From assembly GCA_031390755.1 (NCBI GenBank), contig JANMTS010000065.1, positions 3,205 to 67,204 of the forward strand: a stretch of 64,000 nucleotides of DNA. Direction: 5' to 3'. The notes under the pieces are model-generated. The model saw only the letters and a list, made by a program, of their open reading frames with translations, was not told the origin of the DNA and ran no database searches. The stretch is from Holophagales bacterium. Its GTDB lineage: Bacteria > Acidobacteriota > Thermoanaerobaculia > Multivoradales > UBA5704. A program made the translations under genes and the position numbers. This document shows, piece after piece, positions 41,911-52,543 of the stretch. Position 1 is the first letter of the stretch; each line of letters opens with the position of its first letter.

Positions 41911-43506
41911 ATGGCGACCGTCCAGGAGCTGAACACCCTTCACCGCCGCTACTCCGATACCTCTCACCGGTTCCGGGCGGGCTGGACGTTCCACCAGTTT
42001 CTCCAGAGCCTCGGGAAAAGCCTTCTTCATCGGGTGGAAGATCCGTACTCCGCCGATTTCCAGGATCTCTACACCGGGCTGAAGGAGATCTCGCAGAGCC
42101 TCAACGCCTCGGAAACGGACCGGATCCGGACCCGGCTCGAGCTCATCGAACGGCGGCTCGCCGACCTCCTGGACGCGCTCGACGCGGAGGATAGCAGAGT
42201 CCCTCCCGACTTGCTGCGGCAGTTCTTTCGCCGCGTGCGGTCGTACGACGAGAAGATTCTCACGCAGCTCGTCAAGTTCTACCTGTACATGCAGAAGGAC
42301 GACGACTGGGACGACGACCGCCTCGACAAGGTCGACTTCCTGCTGGCCCGGCTGAGCGAGGAGGAGGACGAGCGCGGCGGCGACCCCCGGCTGGGCGACT
42401 ACCGCCGGCTGGCCGAGATCTTTCACGGCCTGTGGGCGCAGCTCGACGCGGCGCCGCCGGACGAGGCCGATCTGCGCGCCCGGAAGTCCGCCGTCGAAGC
42501 CATCCGCGCCGAGGCCGGCCAGACCGAGAGCCTCGAGGAGCTGAACGAGTCGACCCTGATCCGCCGCTACCGCGACCTCAAGCACAACCTCGGGAGCCTC
42601 TACTTCCATCCCGACCTGCTGCTGGCGATCCAGGAAACCAACCTGGCCTTCAAGAACCGCATCAACAAGCTCTACCGCCAGGAAGAGCAGCGCATCGTCG
42701 CCGAGTACCAGCGGGTGTTCGAGCTGGAGCGCGAGATGTCGTCGGACAACCAGCTCGACCAGGAGCTGTCCGAGTTCCGCGAGGCCATCGAGAAGTTCGA
42801 GAAGCAGCTCCAGCGCGAGGAGTTCAAGCTGGAGGACATCGCCTCGATCCGCCAGCGGGTGCGCGACATCATGCCGCGCCTGACCGCGGCGGCCCGCGAA
42901 GAGGCCGAAGAGCCGCCGAGCGGGACGGTGCGCATTCCTCCTGACATGCCGACCGGCGAGTTCTTCCTCGCCGGCTCGGGCGAGGCCGCCCGCGCGCACC
43001 TGGGCGACCTGGAGGACGTGCTCGGCGAGCCGTTCCGCCGTCTGGCCAAAGCCCTCCACGACACCAGCCAGGAGCTGCAGCCGGAGCGCATCGTCCTGCT
43101 GCCCGACATCTTTCCCCTGCGCCTGGAGCCGCGCGAGGTGGTCGCGTTCCGCCGCCGCTACGGCCGCCGGGAGCACGACCGCGAGCTGGAGCAGTTCCTC
43201 CTCGAAGCCGCGGCGCTGCGCATCCGGATCAACGAGGAGGCGCAGGAGATCACCAGCATCATGGACGAGACCTCCGTCACCGGGGAATCGCCCTCCTACG
43301 CCCGCGCCCGCTTGACCTCGCGCGCCGCGGACGAGTACCTGTGGCGTTTCAACCACATGCTCAGCCGGACGGTGCTCACGGGCGACGCCGCCGAATCGCG
43401 GCAGATCGAGGTTCTGCGCATGCGCCTGATGCGCGACTATTCGGGCCTCTGGCTGCTGGCCTACAAGCCGTTCTTCAGCCGCCGTCCCGGCATGACCCTG
43501 ATGTAG
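41911..43506 (+). CDS. uncharacterised all-helical/coiled-coil protein (531 aa)
   Basis: Long ORF with host-like codon usage; no motif recognised. Confidence 0.8.
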   Translation: MATVQELNTLHRRYSDTSHRFRAGWTFHQFLQSLGKSLLHRVEDPYSADFQDLYTGLKEISQSLNASETDRIRTRLELIERRLADLLDALDAEDSRVPPDLLRQFFRRVRSYDEKILTQLVKFYLYMQKDDDWDDDRLDKVDFLLARLSEEEDERGGDPRLGDYRRLAEIFHGLWAQLDAAPPDEADLRARKSAVEAIRAEAGQTESLEELNESTLIRRYRDLKHNLGSLYFHPDLLLAIQETNLAFKNRINKLYRQEEQRIVAEYQRVFELEREMSSDNQLDQELSEFREAIEKFEKQLQREEFKLEDIASIRQRVRDIMPRLTAAAREEAEEPPSGTVRIPPDMPTGEFFLAGSGEAARAHLGDLEDVLGEPFRRLAKALHDTSQELQPERIVLLPDIFPLRLEPREVVAFRRRYGRREHDRELEQFLLEAAALRIRINEEAQEITSIMDETSVTGESPSYARARLTSRAADEYLWRFNHMLSRTVLTGDAAESRQIEVLRMRLMRDYSGLWLLAYKPFFSRRPGMTLM

Positions 43507-43541
43507 GGCAGGCCGGGACCGGCGACCCCGTTACCCCGGTG

Positions 43542-44639
43542 ATGCCCTTCACGCTCCTCGACGCCTCGTCCGGTGCCGGGCTGGAGGCCTTCCTTCGCCT
43601 GCCGGCCCAGGTCTACCGGGACGATCCCGGCTACAACGCTCCCACCCGCAAGGACGTCCTTGCCAGCTTGTTCCGGCCCGCGTTCGCCGGCTCCCAGAAG
43701 GCCTGGGTCGCTGTCGAAGCCGGCTGGCCGCGGGCGCGGATCGTGGCCCGTCTCTCTCCTGTTCTTCGCGATCCCGAAGGCCGGCCGTACGGAATGCTCG
43801 GTTTCTTCGAGGCTCTGCCTGACGCTGAAGACGCGGTGGGCCAGCTCTTCGAGGAGTCGATCGGCTGGCTCCGGCAGGCCGGCGCGGGCGAGGTGATCGG
43901 CCCGATGGACGGCGACACCTGGCACAAGCACCGGCTGAGCGTCGGACCCTGGGACGATCCGCCGTTCCTGCTGGAGCCCTACAATCCTCCGGGCTACCCA
44001 GAGATGTGGGAGGCGAACGGCTTCGAGGTGCTGGAGACCTACGCCTCGAAGCGGGTGGAGCCGGCCGTCGTCGCGGCCCATCTGGAGCCTGGACGGCAGA
44101 CCGCGCTCTCGGCCGGCTACCGGCTGCGCCGCCTCGACGCGGGCCGCTTCGAGGACGAGCTGCGGCGGATCTATCAGATGTCCCGGACCGTCTTCGCCCG
44201 GAACTTCCTCTACACGGAGATCTCCGAGCCCGAGTTCCTGGGCCTCTACGCCGGAGCCCGCCGGCTGATCGATTCGGACCTCATCTGGTTCGCCCGGGCT
44301 CCGGACGGCGAGGATGCCGGCTTCCTCTTCGCCTACCCGGACCGTTTTCGGGCGGTCGCCGCGCTTCGCGGCCGGAGAGACCCGATCGCGCTGCTCCGAT
44401 ATCTCGCTCGCCGCAACGATGTGGAGGCCGTGAACGTGAAGACGATCGGCGTTCTGCCGGAGCACCGCCGGTCCGGCCTCGGCGCCGCGCTCATGGCTCA
44501 GGGTCATCTCATGGCGATGGAGAAGGGATACCGGCTGGCCAATCACTGCCTCTATCGGGAGGGCAATCCTTCCGGCGAGATGGACGGCGGAACCGGACGC
44601 CTGCTGCGGCGCTATCACCTGTACAGGCTCCGGCCATGA
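43542..44639 (+). CDS. GNAT family N-acyltransferase (YghO-like)
   Basis: GFFE, IGPM, PYNPPGY, IGVLPEHRRSGLGAAL. Confidence 0.82.
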   Translation: MPFTLLDASSGAGLEAFLRLPAQVYRDDPGYNAPTRKDVLASLFRPAFAGSQKAWVAVEAGWPRARIVARLSPVLRDPEGRPYGMLGFFEALPDAEDAVGQLFEESIGWLRQAGAGEVIGPMDGDTWHKHRLSVGPWDDPPFLLEPYNPPGYPEMWEANGFEVLETYASKRVEPAVVAAHLEPGRQTALSAGYRLRRLDAGRFEDELRRIYQMSRTVFARNFLYTEISEPEFLGLYAGARRLIDSDLIWFARAPDGEDAGFLFAYPDRFRAVAALRGRRDPIALLRYLARRNDVEAVNVKTIGVLPEHRRSGLGAALMAQGHLMAMEKGYRLANHCLYREGNPSGEMDGGTGRLLRRYHLYRLRP

Positions 44640-46252
44640 AATCGCCAGCGCACAACGTCCTCTCCATCCTCGCGGAGAACGCCCGGCGCTGGCCGGACCG
44701 GCCGGCGCTGATCCTCAAGGACACGTCCATCTCCTTCGCCGGCTTGCGGGAGCGCACGGACCGAGCCTCCGCCGGGCTGCGGAGCCAGGGGCTGCGGCCG
44801 GGCGACCGGGCGATCGTCATGATCCCCATGTCCATCGACCTCTACGTGGCGATGCTCGCGCTGCTCGACCTGGGAGCCGTCGCGGTCTTCGTAGACCCCT
44901 GGATCGGCTGGAAGCAGATTGCGGCTTTCGCAGCGTTCGCGGAGCCCCGGGCCTACCTGGGCATCCCCCGCAGTCATGTCCTGAGACTGTTCTCGGGCCG
45001 CCTGCGCTCGATCCCGATCACCGTCACCACGGGCGGGCGGCTCGGCCCGCTGCCGGCGCGGCGCACCCTGTCCGAGATCGAGGAGCCGCCGGGCGACGGC
45101 GACGTTCACGCGGCCGGGCTGGACGATCCCGCGCTCATCACCTTTACCAGCGGCTCCAGCGGCGAGCCCAAGGGAGCGAACCGGACCCACCGCTTCCTGC
45201 TCGCCCAGCACGGCGCGCTGTCCGCCGAGTTTCCCAGCCGGGACGGCGACGTGGACATGCCGATGTTCCCGGTGTTCGCGCTCAACAACCTGGCGGTCGG
45301 CGTCCCCTCCGTGGTGCCGGCCATGGACTTCCGCCGCGTCGACCAGGTGGACGCCCGGATCCTGCTCGGCCAGATGCGCGACCACGGCGTCACCACCTGC
45401 ACGGCTTCGTCCCCGTTCTTCGACCGCATCGCCGCCTCTATAGAAAGGACGGGCGACCGGCCCGCCCTGCGGCGCATCCTGACCGGCGGCGCCCCGGTCT
45501 CCGACGCCCAACTCGCCGCCTGGGGTAAGGCGCTGCCCGAGACCGAGATCTTCGTCGCCTACGGCTCGACCGAGGCCGAGCCCGTCGCGCACCTGAGCGC
45601 CGAGGAGAGGCTGGCCGCGGTCAGCGACGTCCGCCCCGACAGCCCCGGATTCTGCGCCGGCCGCCCCATCGAGCGAATTCGAGCCAAGGTCATCCGCATT
45701 CACGATGGACCGGTGGAGCTAGGACCGGACGGCTGGGAGGGCTGGGAGCTGCCGCAGGGAGAGATCGGAGAGCTCGTCGTGACCGGCGAGCACGTCTGCC
45801 GCGACTACTACCGCAATCCGGGCGCCGTGAAAGAGAACAAGATTTTCGGACCATCAGGGGCTGTCTGGCACCGGATGGGAGACACCGGCTATCTTGACGG
45901 CCAGGGCCGGTTCTGGATCGCCGGCCGCGTCCATTCAACCGTCCGTCGCGGAGACGCTCTCGTTCATCCCCAACTCGTCGAGCAGGCCGCCTGCGCCGGC
46001 GATTCCCGCCTCCTCCGGGCCGCCGCCGTGGGGCTGCCCGACTCCGAGCTGGGGCAGAAGGTCGTGCTGGTCCTCCAGGTTCGGAAGGACGCGGACCGGG
46101 CCGGGCTGGAGCAGGACATCAAGGCCCGCCTCGCCGCAGCCGGGCAGCCCGCCGACGAGATCCGCTTCACCTCCGAGCCCCTCCCGGTCGACCCCCGCCA
46201 CAACAGCAAGATCGACTACGGCAAGCTCCGCTCCTCTCTTCAGCGCTCCTGA
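44636..46252 (+). CDS. adenylate-forming enzyme, OleC-like
   Basis: FTSGSSGEPKG, YGSTEAEP, HRMGDTG, PVDPRHNSKID. Confidence 0.85.
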   Translation: MKSPAHNVLSILAENARRWPDRPALILKDTSISFAGLRERTDRASAGLRSQGLRPGDRAIVMIPMSIDLYVAMLALLDLGAVAVFVDPWIGWKQIAAFAAFAEPRAYLGIPRSHVLRLFSGRLRSIPITVTTGGRLGPLPARRTLSEIEEPPGDGDVHAAGLDDPALITFTSGSSGEPKGANRTHRFLLAQHGALSAEFPSRDGDVDMPMFPVFALNNLAVGVPSVVPAMDFRRVDQVDARILLGQMRDHGVTTCTASSPFFDRIAASIERTGDRPALRRILTGGAPVSDAQLAAWGKALPETEIFVAYGSTEAEPVAHLSAEERLAAVSDVRPDSPGFCAGRPIERIRAKVIRIHDGPVELGPDGWEGWELPQGEIGELVVTGEHVCRDYYRNPGAVKENKIFGPSGAVWHRMGDTGYLDGQGRFWIAGRVHSTVRRGDALVHPQLVEQAACAGDSRLLRAAAVGLPDSELGQKVVLVLQVRKDADRAGLEQDIKARLAAAGQPADEIRFTSEPLPVDPRHNSKIDYGKLRSSLQRS

Positions 46253-46292
46253 CCCGGATCTTGCAAGACTGAGTCACTCCGGTGACGAAGTC

Positions 46293-46322
46293 TTGACAAG
46301 GACTAATACTCATGAGTAGCAT
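46293..46322 (+). promoter_or_regulatory. sigma70-type promoter of nadABC, overlapped by an imperfect NadQ-like box (46306-46322)
   Basis: TTGACA-N18-TAGCAT; ATACTCA-TGA-GTAGCAT. Confidence 0.6.
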
Positions 46323-46365
46323 AAGTTCCAAGGCCGGCCTCCCCGGCCTTTCTTCATACCGTGAA

Positions 46366-46384
46366 TATGCTCAGGCTGAGCATA
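46366..46384. promoter_or_regulatory. NadQ-like operator palindrome
   Basis: TATGCTCA-GGC-TGAGCATA just upstream of the nadA RBS; fits ATRCTCA-N3-TGAGYAT. Confidence 0.7.
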
Positions 46385-46397
46385 GGGGGAATGTCGA

Positions 46398-47456
46398 ATG
46401 AGCCTGCTGGATTCCTCGAACGCCGCACCGGCCCTGGAGTACACCCCTGCCGTCGCCCATGCCACCGCCGCGATCCGCGAGCGGGTTGAGTCCGTGATCC
46501 CGGCCCTGGAATGGCCGGTCCATGCGCCGTACATCGCCGCCATCAACGAGCTGAAGCGGCAGCGCAACGCTGTCATTCTGGCGCACAACTATCAGACGCC
46601 CGAGATCTTCCATGGCGTGGCCGACTACGTCGGCGACTCGCTGGGCCTCGCCCAGCAGGGCGCGAAGACCGACGCCGACGTGATCGTCCTCGCGGGCGTC
46701 CACTTCATGGCGGAGACCGCCAAGATCCTGTCGCCCGAGAAGACCATCCTGACCCCGGACCCGCTGGCCGGCTGCTCGCTCGCCGCCTCGATCACGGGCG
46801 CGGACATCCGTCTGCTGCGCGAGCGCTATCCCGGCGTGCCGGTGGTGACCTACGTCAACACCTCGGCCGACGTGAAGGCCGAAACCGACATCTGCTGCAC
46901 CTCGGCCAACGCCGTGGCCATCGTCGAGTCGCTCGGCGTCGACCGCGTGATCTTCCTGCCCGACGAATTCCTGGGCAAGTGGGTGGCCACGCAGACGGAC
47001 GTCCAGCTCATCCTCTGGAAGGGTCATTGCGAGGTCCACGAGCGCTTCACCGGCGAGGATCTGCGGCAGTACCGGCAGGCCTACGGTGGGCAGGCGGTCG
47101 GCCAGGGCGACATCCAGATCCTGGCCCACCCGGAGTGCCCGCCGGAGGTGCTCGCCGAGGCCGATTTCGTCGGCTCCACCGCGGCCATGATCCGCTACGT
47201 GGGCGACAACCGGCCGCGCCGGGTGGTGATGATCACCGAGTGCTCGATGAGCGACAACGTCTCCGTGGAGTTCCCGGACGTCGAGTTCGTGCGGCCCTGC
47301 CAGCTCTGCCCGCACATGAAGAGGATCACGCTGCCGAAGATCCTCCACTCGCTGCAGACGATGCAGCACGAGGTTCTCGTCGACCCGGAGATCGGGCGGC
47401 GGGCGAAGTTGGCGCTGGACCGGATGCTCGCGGTCGGCCGCCGGGAGGGCAAGTGA
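46398..47456 (+). CDS. nadA: quinolinate synthase
   Basis: [40 protein letters not shown]. Confidence 0.97.
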   Translation: MSLLDSSNAAPALEYTPAVAHATAAIRERVESVIPALEWPVHAPYIAAINELKRQRNAVILAHNYQTPEIFHGVADYVGDSLGLAQQGAKTDADVIVLAGVHFMAETAKILSPEKTILTPDPLAGCSLAASITGADIRLLRERYPGVPVVTYVNTSADVKAETDICCTSANAVAIVESLGVDRVIFLPDEFLGKWVATQTDVQLILWKGHCEVHERFTGEDLRQYRQAYGGQAVGQGDIQILAHPECPPEVLAEADFVGSTAAMIRYVGDNRPRRVVMITECSMSDNVSVEFPDVEFVRPCQLCPHMKRITLPKILHSLQTMQHEVLVDPEIGRRAKLALDRMLAVGRREGK

Positions 47457-49111
47457 ACGCGCCCCGCAGGATCGGAAACGTGGAGGAGCTTCCTGAGGTC
47501 ATGACCTCGGACGTGCTCGTCGTCGGAACGGGCGCCGCGGGCCTGACCGCGGCCCTCGGCTGCGCGCCGCTCAGCGTCACCGTCCTCACCAAGACGACGC
47601 TCGTCAGCGGCTCCAGCCCCTGGGCGCAGGGAGGCGTCGCCGCGGCCATGGGCACGGACGACACGCCGTCGCTCCACGCCGCCGACACCCTCGTCGCCGG
47701 AGCCGGGCTGTCCGACCCGGACGCCGTGAAGTTGCTGACCGGCGAGGGGCCGGAGCGCGTCCAGGCCCTGCTGAACATGGGAGCCCGCTTCGACCGCGAC
47801 GCCGCGGGCGATCTCTCGTTCGGCCGCGAGGCCGCGCACAGCCGCCGCCGTATCCTGCACGCCAAGGACGCCACCGGCTCGGAGATCGTCCGCACCCTGG
47901 CCGAAGCCGTCCACCACGCGCCCGAGGTTCACGTGCTGGAGCGCACCTTCGCGGTCGACCTCGTGGTCGAGGACGGCCGGGCGGTGGGCGTGGTCGCCCT
48001 CCATGAGGACGGTCGCCGCGTGCTCCATCTGGCGAACGCCGTCGTGCTCGCCACCGGCGGCCCGGGCCAGCTCTATCTCCACACCACCAATCCGCGCGAG
48101 GCCACGGGCGACGGCCTGGCCATGGCCGCGCGGGCCGGCGTCCGGCTCGTCGACCTCGAGTTCGTGCAGTTCCATCCCACCGCGCTCGCCGTCGAGACCG
48201 GGAGCGCGCCCATGCCGCTGCTCACCGAGGCGCTGCGGGGCGAGGGCGCCATCCTGATCGACGACCGCGGCGTCCGCTTCATGGGCGAGGAGCACCCGGA
48301 CCTGGAGCTCGCGCCGCGCGATGTCGTGGCGCGGGCCATCTGGCGCCGCCTGATGGACGGGAGGAAGATCTTCCTGGACGCCCGCGAGGCCGTGGGCGAG
48401 GCCTTTCCCGAGCACTTTCCGACCGTGTTCGAGCTCTGCCGGCAGCACGGCCTCGACCCGCGCGTCGAGCCGATGCCCGTGGCGCCGGCCGCCCACTACC
48501 ACATGGGAGGCATCGCGGTGGACGGCTACGGCCGCTCCTCGCTGCCCGGCCTCTGGGCGTGCGGCGAGGTCTCCTCGACCGGCGTCCACGGCGCCAACCG
48601 GCTGGCGAGCAACTCGCTCCTGGAGGCGCTCGTGTTCGGCGTCCGTGTGGCGGAAGACCTCAGGGAGAAGCTCGCCAAGCCCGGCCTTTCCAATCCCGGA
48701 AAAACTTCGGGCCGGCGTGTCCCCACCGTCCCGATCATCCCGGCGGGCACTTCGCGGGACGCGGAGACCCAACTCGCCGTCCGCCGCCTGATGTGGGAGA
48801 AGGTCGGCGTCGTGCGCGACGAGGCGGGCCTGACCGAATCCCTGGCCGGTCTGAAGGCCCTGGCCGACGCCGATCCCGAGATGGCGGGGGAGGCGCGCAA
48901 CCTTCTCTGCGTGGCGCGGCTCGTGACGGCGGCGGCCCTCGCCAGGCACGAGAGCCGGGGCGGCCACTACCGCTCCGACTTCCCGCAGACCGATCCCGAG
49001 TGGCAGCACCACCTCTTCGTGACCGCGGGACCGGATGGAGGCGCCGTGGTCGAGGAGAGCGAAGGAACCGGAGTCGCGGAGCCGCGACTGGCCGTGGCGG
49101 GAGCGCGATGA
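47453..49111 (+). CDS. nadB: L-aspartate oxidase
   Basis: [45 protein letters not shown]. Confidence 0.96.
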   Translation: MNAPRRIGNVEELPEVMTSDVLVVGTGAAGLTAALGCAPLSVTVLTKTTLVSGSSPWAQGGVAAAMGTDDTPSLHAADTLVAGAGLSDPDAVKLLTGEGPERVQALLNMGARFDRDAAGDLSFGREAAHSRRRILHAKDATGSEIVRTLAEAVHHAPEVHVLERTFAVDLVVEDGRAVGVVALHEDGRRVLHLANAVVLATGGPGQLYLHTTNPREATGDGLAMAARAGVRLVDLEFVQFHPTALAVETGSAPMPLLTEALRGEGAILIDDRGVRFMGEEHPDLELAPRDVVARAIWRRLMDGRKIFLDAREAVGEAFPEHFPTVFELCRQHGLDPRVEPMPVAPAAHYHMGGIAVDGYGRSSLPGLWACGEVSSTGVHGANRLASNSLLEALVFGVRVAEDLREKLAKPGLSNPGKTSGRRVPTVPIIPAGTSRDAETQLAVRRLMWEKVGVVRDEAGLTESLAGLKALADADPEMAGEARNLLCVARLVTAAALARHESRGGHYRSDFPQTDPEWQHHLFVTAGPDGGAVVEESEGTGVAEPRLAVAGAR

Positions 49112-49986
49112 TGGCGAGCTTGGACAAGACCTTGCCCAGGATCGCCTCGTTGCCCCCCCTCCTCTACGAGCCGCTCGTCCGGCGCGCCCTGGAGGAGGAT
49201 CTCGGCCGGGCCGGCGACCTCACCAGCGACGCGATCCTCCCGCCGGATCTCCAGGCCGAGGCCGTGATCGTCGCCCGCAAGGAGGGCCGGATCGCGGGGC
49301 TGACCGCCTCCGCGTCCGCCTTCCACATTCTCGATCCCACCGTCGAGGTTGAGGTTCTCTCCGGCGACGGCCGGGACGCCGAAGCGGGGGAGACCCTGGC
49401 CGTGGTGCGAGGCCCGGCGCGCTCGATCCTCACCGGAGAGCGCACGGCCCTGAACCTCCTGGGCCGACTCTGCGGCGTGGCCACCACCACCCGCAACCTC
49501 GTCGCCCTGGTCGCCGAGCACGGCACGCGCATCGTCTGCACCCGCAAGACCACCCCGGGCCTGCGAGCCCTGGAGAAGTACGCCGTCAAGGCGGGAGGCG
49601 GCAGCAATCACCGCTTCGGCCTCGACGACGCCGTGCTGATCAAGGACAACCACGTGGCCCTGGCCGGAGGCGTCCGCCCCGCGGTGGAGCGCGCCCGCGC
49701 CTACGTTGGCCACCTCGTGAAGATCGAGCTGGAGGTCGACTCCCTCGCCCAGCTCCGCGAAGCCCTGGACCTGGGCGTCGACATCGTCCTGCTCGACAAC
49801 ATGTCTCTCGAAACCCTGAGAGAGGCCGTGAGCCTCGCCAAGGGCAAGGCCCTCACCGAGGCCTCGGGAGGCATCACCCCCCAGACCGCCCCCGCGGTCG
49901 CCGCCACCGGAGTCGACATGATCTCCGTCGGCTGGCTCACCCACAGCTCGCCCTCGCTCGACGTCGCGCTCGACGTCCGCCTCTGA
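49108..49986 (+). CDS. nadC: nicotinate-nucleotide diphosphorylase (carboxylating)
   Basis: ERTALN, TRKTTPG, HRFGLDD, IKDNH, LLDNM, EASGG. Confidence 0.97.
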   Translation: MMASLDKTLPRIASLPPLLYEPLVRRALEEDLGRAGDLTSDAILPPDLQAEAVIVARKEGRIAGLTASASAFHILDPTVEVEVLSGDGRDAEAGETLAVVRGPARSILTGERTALNLLGRLCGVATTTRNLVALVAEHGTRIVCTRKTTPGLRALEKYAVKAGGGSNHRFGLDDAVLIKDNHVALAGGVRPAVERARAYVGHLVKIELEVDSLAQLREALDLGVDIVLLDNMSLETLREAVSLAKGKALTEASGGITPQTAPAVAATGVDMISVGWLTHSSPSLDVALDVRL

Positions 49987-50007
49987 CCGTCCGCTGGAAG
50001 AGCCCCG

Positions 50008-50033
50008 CTGGGAGCGCCGGCATCCTGCCGGCT
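50008..50033. repeat. short REP-like hairpin between convergent genes
   Basis: CTGGGAGCGCCGGCATCCTGCCGGC. Confidence 0.45.
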
Positions 50034-50040
50034 CTCCTCG

Positions 50041-51027
50041 TCAGCGGTTGCAGTCGGGTGCCGGCGAACCCTTCTTCAGGACGACGCTGCTTCCCGGCAC
50101 GGGTTTGCCTTGATCGTCGAAAAAGCCCACGGTCAGGGTTTCCTGGTCCGCTTCGAGCACGGTGAACCCGTGCATGCTCTTGGCCCATTGCCTGCACGTT
50201 GAGGTTTTCAACGGCCGCAGTTTCGTGCCGCCGCCGCCGGAGACGAAGAACCAGACTCCGCCCTCCGGCTTGAGCGCCTCCAGGTCGTGGTCGTGCCCGG
50301 CAATGTAGACATCGACCTTGTTCTGCTTGAGAACCTCCAGGATTGTGCCCTTCACCTCGGGAATCACCCCCTGATCCCCGCCATGTTTGCCGTTGGTGTA
50401 GATCGGATGATGTCCATAGACCACCTTCCAGGTGGCTTTGCTGGCGGCGAGAGACTCTTTCAACCACTTCATCTGGGCTGGAACGGAAGGCTGCCCCTTC
50501 GCAATGGGATCGGTATCGATGGCGAAGAACTGCACCGGCCCGGCGACATACGTGTAGTACGGCTTCGGCAGGCACCAGGTCTGGCTCAGGGACGAGCGTT
50601 TCATTTCGGCGGGCGGGCTCGCTGCATCGTAGTAATCATGATTTCCGAGGGTTGCATAGACCCGGATGCCGAGATCGGAGTACAGGTTCTCCCAGTCGGT
50701 CTGCCAGCGTGGATGAGTGTCAGAATTCAGCCCATTCTCGTAAAAGTTGTCTCCCAGGGTGATGCCGAAGTCATACGGCTTCTGCGCCTCCATCCCGGTC
50801 GCGACCCTCTGCTGGGGCGCTTTCCCGGTCCCGAAGTCGCCAAACGCCAGAACTCTCAGCGTGCCGGAGACGGGAATCTCGGGGATGCCGGGTCCGGCCT
50901 GCATCAGTTGCGGGCAGATGTCGCCGGGGACAGGGGGACCAGCGGTTGCCAGAGTCCTGGACTCGGAACCGGACGAGCCGCAGGACGCGAGCAGGACTGC
51001 GAGAACAGTCAGCACGAGCTTTCTCAT
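50041..51027 (-). CDS. lipoprotein metallophosphoesterase (purple acid phosphatase-like)
   Basis: Lipobox LAS-C; GDFG, GDNFY, GNHD, GHH, GHDH. Confidence 0.9.
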   Translation of the reverse strand: MRKLVLTVLAVLLASCGSSGSESRTLATAGPPVPGDICPQLMQAGPGIPEIPVSGTLRVLAFGDFGTGKAPQQRVATGMEAQKPYDFGITLGDNFYENGLNSDTHPRWQTDWENLYSDLGIRVYATLGNHDYYDAASPPAEMKRSSLSQTWCLPKPYYTYVAGPVQFFAIDTDPIAKGQPSVPAQMKWLKESLAASKATWKVVYGHHPIYTNGKHGGDQGVIPEVKGTILEVLKQNKVDVYIAGHDHDLEALKPEGGVWFFVSGGGGTKLRPLKTSTCRQWAKSMHGFTVLEADQETLTVGFFDDQGKPVPGSSVVLKKGSPAPDCNR

Positions 51028-51226
51028 GGACAGAAACCTCCTTGGGCCAGGTAGACGGACAACATCCGCCGAGTCCCTTCCGTTGAGTCGACCTTCAGGG
51101 TTTTGACCACCAATCAGGTTCGGCGCGGATACCATAGGCTGTCCTCCCGGCCGATGGCAACGTGCATTCCGCGTCCTGCCGGGAGAAGCAGCTCCATTCG
51201 GCCATTCAACTCCATCCGAGGTGACC

Positions 51227-51811
51227 ATGGACGTAGACAAGGCGATTGAGACCCAGCTCAAGAACATCCAGACGAAGACCGGGAAGTCGCTGGACGAGCT
51301 GTTCGGCCTGATCCGGCAGACCGGACTCCAGAAGCACGGCGAGATGCGCGACTGGCTCAAGACGAACCTGGGCCTGGGGCACGGGGATGCCAACACCCTC
51401 GTCCACGCCTACACGAAGGCTAGCATCGCCGGCACCGCCGCCGCGGCACCGGCCGGGGACACGGCGCCCTCCGCCGACGTGCTGGACGAGATCTACTCGG
51501 GACCGAAAGCGGCTCTCCGTCCGATCCACGACCGGCTCATGGCCGAGATCAATGCCTTTGGCCCCTTCGAAATCGCCCCCAAGAAGGGCTACGTCAGCCT
51601 GCGCCGCAAGAAGCAGTTTGCGATGATCGGACCGGCCACGAAGACCCGCGTCGAGGTCGGCCTGAACATGAAGGGCGTCGACGGAACCTCCCGCCTTCTG
51701 GCCCAGCCCGCCGGAGGCATGTGCCAGTACAAGGTGAACGTCACCGGCGCCGCCGAGGTGGACCCCGAGCTGATCGCCTGGATCCGGCAGGCGTATGAGG
51801 GAGCCGGGTAG
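51227..51811 (+). CDS. DUF4287/DUF5655 domain protein
   Basis: NIQTKTGKSLDE..KHGE...WLK...GLGHGDAN; PKKGYVSLRRKKQFA. Confidence 0.85.
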   Translation: MDVDKAIETQLKNIQTKTGKSLDELFGLIRQTGLQKHGEMRDWLKTNLGLGHGDANTLVHAYTKASIAGTAAAAPAGDTAPSADVLDEIYSGPKAALRPIHDRLMAEINAFGPFEIAPKKGYVSLRRKKQFAMIGPATKTRVEVGLNMKGVDGTSRLLAQPAGGMCQYKVNVTGAAEVDPELIAWIRQAYEGAG

Positions 51812-52053
51812 GGGGGCTTCGCAGGGCCGGGGAAAGGGGCTTTCCCCCGATCCGGCATCAACCCGGAAGAATTCGGCGTGAACGCGAAAGCATCCGTCGT
51901 GAACGCGGAAGCGTCTCGCCGGACTGCCATTCCAGAAGGAAACGGCATCCGGGAAAGATGGAACGGCCGCCCCGTCAGGCGGGATACGGCTCAGGCAAAA
52001 GGAACGAGATCTTGGGGGAGTGGGACGAGCCCCAGGGTATCGCACCGGCCCGT

Positions 52054-52305
52054 CATTCCATCCGCCCGGGCCTCCATACCTTCTGGAATCACCGCCATGC
52101 CTTTTGGAATGGCGCCTCGGGTATCGACCCGAGCGGCCATTCCATCGGGTATGGCTCCCATTCCCGTTTCCCGAGCCCCCATACCTTTTGGGATGGGCGC
52201 CATTCCATCGGGAATGGCGCCTCGGGTAAAGGGGATGGCCGTCCGGGAATCGGGGATGACGGTCATTCCATCGGGAATAGACGTTCATCCATCGGGGATG
52301 GGAGC
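52054..52305. repeat. 21-bp periodic degenerate array (12 units, fading to ~51850)
   Basis: Consensus CATTCCATCGGGAATGGCGCC in exact 21-bp register (e.g. 52054, 52138, 52201, 52264). Confidence 0.8.
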
Positions 52306-52543
52306 GCTAGAATGCGGTACGACACCCGTTCCCGAAGGGAGCGACAGCGCCATGATCCGAGGTGGGAGGGGGGGGCCACCGACTTCGGTCGCCGCGGTTG
52401 TCGACGATCCGAACTGAGCGTTTCGCCCCCCAGCCGGCTCTCTCGGTCCCTTTGTGTTTCCGCCGCCAGGAATCTTTCCTCGGGCAGTTTGCGGCGATCG
52501 GGCATCTTTACTCGCTTTCCGCAAGTATGAGAGGATCGCCGCC

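Noticed and set aside
52054-52305. CRISPR array interpretation of the 21-bp array
   Set aside because: No repeat-spacer alternation and the period is too short
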